A stretch of DNA of 63,946 nucleotides, filler included, from Sphaeroforma arctica JP610 (taxonomy: Eukaryota), in NCBI RefSeq assembly GCF_001186125.1. It is 5 parts of 3 records of this genome, joined end to end, with 100 filler letters (N's around TTAATTAATTAA, not from the genome) between each part and the next. Parts side by side here need not be neighbours in the genome. Positions count along the whole stretch, not along the records: positions 47,890 to 62,573 come from NW_014040552.1; positions 62,674 to 63,946 come from NW_014040535.1; 3 more parts are not named here. One strand, written 5' to 3'. The translations under genes were made by a program, and so were the position numbers. Under the pieces are notes generated by a model that saw nothing but the letters and a program-made list of their open reading frames with translations, did no database searches and had not been told where the DNA came from. Of this stretch, positions 57,701 to 63,946 are shown piece after piece (the stretch's first letter is position 1; the number at the start of each line of letters is the position of its first letter).

Positions 57701-60344
57701 ATCATGTTCATGTACAGGATGTTACCATCACGCTGTGTTGTTCCTTAAGACGTTCAGATAAAGTGGCTCAACAAATGATTTCTATACTTCGATGCGAGCC
57801 AACCTATGTGGATAGAGAGGTAGATACTTTCCTCTACCAGAGTACCCGTGCAGTTTAAAAGAAGCCTTGGGCCCCAGTTGGAACAACTGTGTAGGCGCCA
57901 TCTGCAACTTTCAAAAGAAAGGTTAAAAAATTCAAGATTCCACTATTGACACCTTGGTCTGAAGATGAAATCAAGACAAAATAGGCACCTACAATGTGTT
58001 TAATATTGAGATACGAGCTGACTACACAGAATCGATGACGAGCGCATTACTAGTGATGGAAAACTACAAGAAGATTCGTTCGGACAGAACAACTAGCTAC
58101 AAAGCTGATATTGGGCTTCTTAAGCAACTGATGAACGACTTCCCAGATGTATAGGAGTACGTTTCCCAGCTAATGGACAAAAAAAATATTAGTCGTATGC
58201 ATATCTTTGAGTCTTCACGCGAAGTTGGACTAAAAGAGACTTGCAGTTAAGCTGATGCTGCAATGGAATCCTCGCCTTCTGATTTCGGTGTTTTAGAATC
58301 AATCGAGGTACCCATTTTGAAATGGTTTAAATATAATCATGCTCTTGAATAAATGGATACTGCGAAGGTCATTTTGTTTTTTTGCAAAAGATACGGGATT
58401 ATACACTCGCATCTTAAAAAGTTTATATCTCATGTGTATCACGAATGCAATGACTGTGACGCAAAGTTAACCGGATTATGCGCTACGAATACGCACCTAT
58501 GCGAATCTTATCGGAAGACAAGCCGTGGCACCGTGTTATCATTGATTCGGTTAAGCACAATGTCCGAACACAAGTATGTCTGTCACATGTTTGATGTTGC
58601 TTCACGACATAACCTGTTATATTCTCTGAAAGATATATGTTTCGCAAATTTTAGCTGGCCAGCCATATTGTGCACTGACAACGGTAGTGAGTTTACAGGA
58701 GATGCCATGACGAAACTGTTACTCGTTGCAGGCACATGGCACAAAATGGATGTGCTTACAAACTTCATACGCAAGGTGCAAACGAGAAGCTTATGCGAGG
58801 AGCGTTACTTGATGATGATGACATGTAGCCATATCCGACTAACTGGGTACGAACACAAGCGAGCGAAGTACTGGATTCTGTCACTGGTACAACGCCCGCT
58901 CGCTATTTCAGAAGGCGTTGTAGTGAATTCAAAGTAAATTTCAACAAGAAGTTTGAGGATGATCACGTGTCACCGTGTTCTAAGAAGATGCGTAGAACTA
59001 GATACATAGTCTTTCCTTGTTTGAGAGAGATGAATTTGAAAAATGAACAGAAGCGATGGAACAATACAAAGAAAATAGTCGATTTAGAGATCAGGGATAT
59101 GGTTAACATTGTGGCTCGCAATTCCGACACGGCTGTGCTTACTACTAGGTATATTGGATCGTTCATGATTTCAGTGGCCGATAAAAAAAAGCGGACCGTA
59201 TGAGTTCAATAACGTTGACAGGTGCCTTATTATCGGCCTACATGCGCTCCGACGACTAAAATCGTGAGGCTACTCATCTCATGTCCTATGAGTATAAAAA
59301 GATTCTCGGAAAGTACAAAGATGACAACATTACATACTACACGACGAAATTTGCAGATGGAGCACAATACGATCCATCACCGTCAGCATTTTGTATTAAA
59401 AGCCTTCTTGAGAAGTTTCGTAAATGCCTACACAAAAATAAGGCTGACACTAAAGTGATCTTACCTAAAAACAAATATTTTGTGTAGTCAAGGTATATAC
59501 TCATGCATCATTCATTCCAACTTTCAAAGATCATGTTATGTATGACCATCCTGTCTGCCACCGAGAACCACAAGAAGCTAATCCCAAACGTATCAGAGTA
59601 ACTGAGAAATTTAAATGTCTAAGAATACTTTGTCTGAGGAAGTACAATGCTAAAAGACATTGAGGCTATTATCTAATTGAATCTCGTTTTCGCTTATATA
59701 ATTGATGTGACCTTTTTGAGGCTATGTGATTAGAACCACATATAAGCCAGCATTGCAACCTTCAATTTGAAGGGGGAGGGGGGAGAGGCTGTGTAAAAAT
59801 AGCGTGTTCCTGATAGAAGAATCTATTGTGAAATAGAACATAACGAGTCCTCCTGGCCAGTCAACTAGATCTACCTGTCTATGCCTTAAAGGGGACGGAT
59901 AACTAGGTAATAAAAGTGACGGGGTTCTAGGTGCGGTGGAAATATTGCACGAGCTTGGTGTTCTGACTTTGAGTTTTGATTTTTCTAAAATGTATTTAAA
60001 ATTGGTTTATTGATAATTATCATTGAATTGTTTCGAGGCATTAATACGACCAATGAAACGAATCCAATTTTAGATGTGGACACCAGATAAACCTAGACCG
60101 AATTAGTGAATGTCCACGGCAGAACTATATAGACAAAAGTCTCAATCTAAAATCTCCTGATCTTTAGCTCACTACCGAGGGCTGAAGCTAAACTTGATTT
60201 ATTTTCGCAATTTATCGTATGTCCTTTAACTTTACTTTTAGTACGCTAAATTCAACCTGGTTAAGCCAACTTCACATATGCGAGTATATCTATACTCAAG
60301 AATTGTGTATTATATAAAATAGAGTACCAGTAATGTCATCACAA
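54770..60344 (+). mobile_element. Highly decayed Ty3/gypsy element 'D' (B lineage) with MTase, IN, chromo-like domain, PPT and 3' LTR (boundaries approximate)
   Basis: LALLAVDQFDS, FHLPRINEILRRIE, GAPFG, VATD, PDMLSRFVP, ANPPW (57664-57678), CHMFDVASR, LCTDNGSEF, RNSDT..YIGSF. PPT GAAGGGGGAGGGGGGAGAGG at about 59769-59788, then TGTAAAA at 59792. Confidence 0.85.
57540..57900 (+). pseudogene. N6-adenine MTase domain remnant in element D
   Basis: TEWKENPIWVKIAGNIYGPHTTNIFVA ... RANPPWLLMTQLLNHVHVQDVTITLCC; NPPW intact at 57667-57678. Confidence 0.8.
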
Positions 60345-60975
60345 CCTGTAACCTACCAATATTCCTGGGATATGCCAAAAATTCTGCGTTTGTAAATGCC
60401 GCCGATGGAAAGACCAACTTGTAAGCTCGAGGCATGACATGACGAAAGACATTCATTGGATAGGTTTCTTTTGTTTAGAGGCATTATTAGTACAATATGG
60501 ATCTGATGCTTGCGCATCGCATGTTAGCTCATATATAAAGCTTAAAAAATTTAGGGGCCAGTTATGATCTATTTTGCAGTCTTATTATAGGGGTACCTAC
60601 AGCACCCCCGTACTCCCTTTTAATCCACTGAGATTGATACAACAAAAAGCAGCAAATGCTGATTGGTCCATAACAGGTCACTCTGTCCAGGCAGCATAAC
60701 AGAACGAAGTCAATGTTTACTAACGTTCTATTTATATATTGTGCCTCCGAGTTCACTAGTTCAATGTTCGGGCACCATAGTGTGTAATGTCTACATATAC
60801 AGCATGGATTCTACGATAGCCTGGTCCTTTGTATGTCCTCCTTTGCGATGGTTCCTCGCTGTCGGCGGCCAGCTAAGCAACTAGTAATGTCGTGTCCACT
60901 CAGGACACACCACGTTGCACTGATGGCATGGGTAGTCAATAGAATATATCGCTCAGACATAAAGCCTCTGTCCCA

Positions 60976-62107
60976 CCTCTTTAGATGTATACTTACGTAT
61001 ACCTACAAATACACTCGGGAGTAGTCTGATGTAATGTTATACAGCCACTCTGTACTGTAATAAGCTCTGAATCGCAGTCTATACCTAAGGAGAGAAATGT
61101 CTTAACTCCTGATGCGCAATTGCATATCTATCTTTAGTCGCTTGGTAGTTCCAATTCCAACGGCGTGTCGCGTCATTGATTTTGATAGTCTTTCTTTGTA
61201 TCGCGATGACCAGAATTCAACCCTGGATAAAACAAAGAGCTTAAATTTGTCCTCTTGTTTCTTATGTAGGCGTTTACGCCACTTCTTGTTATTTCTTATT
61301 CAATTAATCTGCATTTTCAAAATCGGCAGGCATGAGGTTGTACACTTCATTGTAGTAGAACTATGTCCAATAGTATGTAATTTCATTAATGGATTTAATA
61401 CCCAAGATTTTCTTGGACTCGTCTATACGTGCAACAGAGTTGTATCGGATCGCTTGATATCCTGGATTATCCCATAATAGGAGCGCTTGGTCCATCAACA
61501 TTATTCACTTTCAAAGTTTCAGTTTTCTCGTCGTGGGCGGAAATCACATACAGTCCTACAAATTAGGAATAGAGCACCCCTGTATCAGAATTACGCTGTT
61601 TATTATTCACAATAACACCTTTCTTAAAGAAAAATTGCTTCTTTTTGCTTATAGACCTTCGTTCTTGAGCTTTTAAAAGTTCAACGTTTCTCTCTTGAGG
61701 TAGGATACATGACCCTCTTTAGATTCTACTATCTTGTATACTTACGTATACCTACATAATATACTCGGGAGTAGTATGATTTACCATTATACTGCCACTC
61801 TGTACTGTAATATGCTCTGAATCGCAGTCTATACCTAAGGAGAGAAATGTCTTAACTCCTGATGCGCAATTGCATATCTATCTTTAGTCGCTTGATAGTT
61901 CCAGTTCCAACAGCGTGTCGCGTCATTGATTCTGGTAGTCTTTCTTTGTATCGCGATGACCAGAATTAAACCTTGGATAAAACAAAGAGCTTTTATATAT
62001 CCTCCTGATTCTTATGTAGACGTTTACGCCACTTCTATTTATTTTTTATTCAATTAATCTGGATTTCAAAATCGGCAGGCATGAGATTGTACACTTCATC
62101 GTAGTAA
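60976..62107 (-). mobile_element. 3' fragments of another B-lineage copy (IN C-terminus and tail), partly duplicated
   Basis: Minus strand encodes QRNSDTGVL and KWRKRLHK as in B. The segment at about 60985-61355 is repeated at about 61735-62107. Confidence 0.7.
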
Positions 62108-62109
62108 AA

Positions 62110-62143
<34 letters not shown>

Positions 62144-62162
62144 GAGAGAGAGAGAGAGAGAG

Positions 62163-62244
<82 letters not shown>
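62108..62244. repeat. (TA)n/(GA)n microsatellite
   Basis: Directly visible dinucleotide runs. Confidence 0.95.
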
Positions 62245-62246
<2 letters not shown>

Positions 62247-62940
62247 CGTTTCAATACTACATTTATCGTATGCAACCAGGAGGATTTTTTGTATCGTCCG
62301 GATATCCACATATGCTATTGGATCATAGACTGTGAGTCATTGAACCAAGAGTCTGACTTCTTCAAGGAGAGTGTTATGGTGGATTTCCTTTTGTTTAAAT
62401 AAGCAAATCCCTTATCAACCGTCAAGGTGGGTTTGCCCATGCTTTGTGTTACGCGAGATCACTCTCATTCAGAGACATAGTCGGTATTGTGCGTTATGTG
62501 ACGCGCACACATAACTAGTGATATGTGTGCCCATCTTTCTTCAGCTACTCTGAGAAGTGTGACGTAGCTCTAGNNNNNNNNNNNNNNNNNNNNNNNNNNN
62601 NNNNNNNNNNNNNNNNNTTAATTAATTAANNNNNNNNNNNNNNNNNNNNNNNNNNNNNNNNNNNNNNNNNNNNATATATATAAGTATGAATATATTTATA
62701 CATAGTGGTGCAAAATAGGCTCATGAGTGTGCTTGTATTTGTATGTACTATTTATACCTACGTCTGTCTTTTGTCAATAGTTTGTCGGAGCTGAAGTGTA
62801 TATTCTCGTAATTTGTGTGAACGTTTGAAATGGTTGTCATATATCCACACTGTTCGTTTTAAAGTTATGAATCTATGTACTGTTTTGAACCTGTTTCTCA
62901 TTATGATACTATCACATCGCTTATTTTCTGCTTCAACCAG

Positions 62941-63164
62941 GAAAAAGAAAAGATTGATAAGAGCCAGAAGAAATCACCTGGAAGTTTCCGCCGTTTTGTG
63001 AGGAAATTAAGTCAAGAGAAGCTCAAATTAGGTTAGAAATTGATCTAGCATATACATTAACACTTCTCTAGGATCTGTTCTGCAGTTCTAATTTATAGTC
63101 TAGTGATCATTCTAGCCTAACATACACTATTGGGATGCGAAATGTGGATATATATTCTATTTAA

Positions 63165-63204
<40 letters not shown>

Positions 63205-63904
63205 AAGTATGTATGTATGTGTATGTGTTTGTATATATATATATGAAAGGCACAACAATAGGACAGAGGAGTATATTAGTAAGTGTCGGCGGTGTATGGT
63301 TTTCTATATTGAATCGGCTGAAGACTCTGGAGAGCACCCAGATGTGTCAGTCAATGGAAAATGTAGCTGGCGTTTCAGTTTATCGCATGCATCCTGCATA
63401 TAAGTGGAAAGTGCGGTATGTAGAGGTATCTATAGTTGAAGGTACAATCAGTTGTACTCGAAAGATCATCACATACGTATGTATAGGCACGTAATTGTCT
63501 ATTCATATTGTCTTCCAGACGAACCGATAATACACATACATTTGAAATGGTGACGGCGATAGCACACCAGAAAAGGCGCAGGCCGGAAATGTAAGCTACT
63601 TTGCTCATATCACTCGATAATCCAATCATACAATTACACACCGCAAGGACATACACCATCACGTCTGTACACGTACACACATACAATACACTACAACAGA
63701 TAACCTCACAATGCAACCCCTCTCACAGCCACACCCTCAGGCTCAAGCGGCAATTCGCCAACCACCACGAAAATCAACGCATCAACAGCGGGTGTGACGT
63801 CAACGCCAACATGGGCGGAGCAGCAGCTCAAAGGTACCCAAGGCATGGCAGACATGTTTGCCAACCGCATGAGACAGAGTCCCAGTATTAACAATCCAAG
63901 CGGG
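62941..63904 (+). CDS. Possible internal exons of an unknown gene (62941-63031, 63729-63904)
   Basis: AG/GT-bounded open segments EKEKIDKSQKKSPGSFRRFVRKLSQEKLKL and ATPSGSSGNSPTTTK...SPSINNPSG; no recognisable domain. Confidence 0.3.
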
Positions 63905-63946
63905 GTAGGTAGAAGTACTATGCGTCTATACATATGTTTATCTACA

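Overview
Eukaryotic, intron-rich genomic DNA (GT-AG introns, (CA)n/(TA)n microsatellites, N gaps). A unicellular holozoan or similar protist host is only my guess. The left part (1-27.9 kb) holds four host genes in two divergent pairs: a 5-Kazal-domain type I membrane protein (-) with PGAP3/Per1 (+), and a divergent DYRK/HIPK-like kinase (-) with DHCR7 (+). The right part (28-62 kb) is a nested cluster of decayed Ty3/gypsy LTR retrotransposons. Main finding: four elements from two clearly different lineages carry a Dam/DIRS-type N6-adenine DNA methyltransferase domain (D-x-F-A motif I, NPP[W/F]-type motif IV) between RNase H and a DDE integrase. One lineage also appears to express pol by UGA-C(G) readthrough and ends in a divergent chromo-like domain. 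Other points: a 9.7-kb LTR element with no recognisable pol that splits a protease gene, a 180-bp solo LTR, and introns built from decayed tandem copies of neighbouring exon ends. Domain calls and exon boundaries are by eye; no searches were run.
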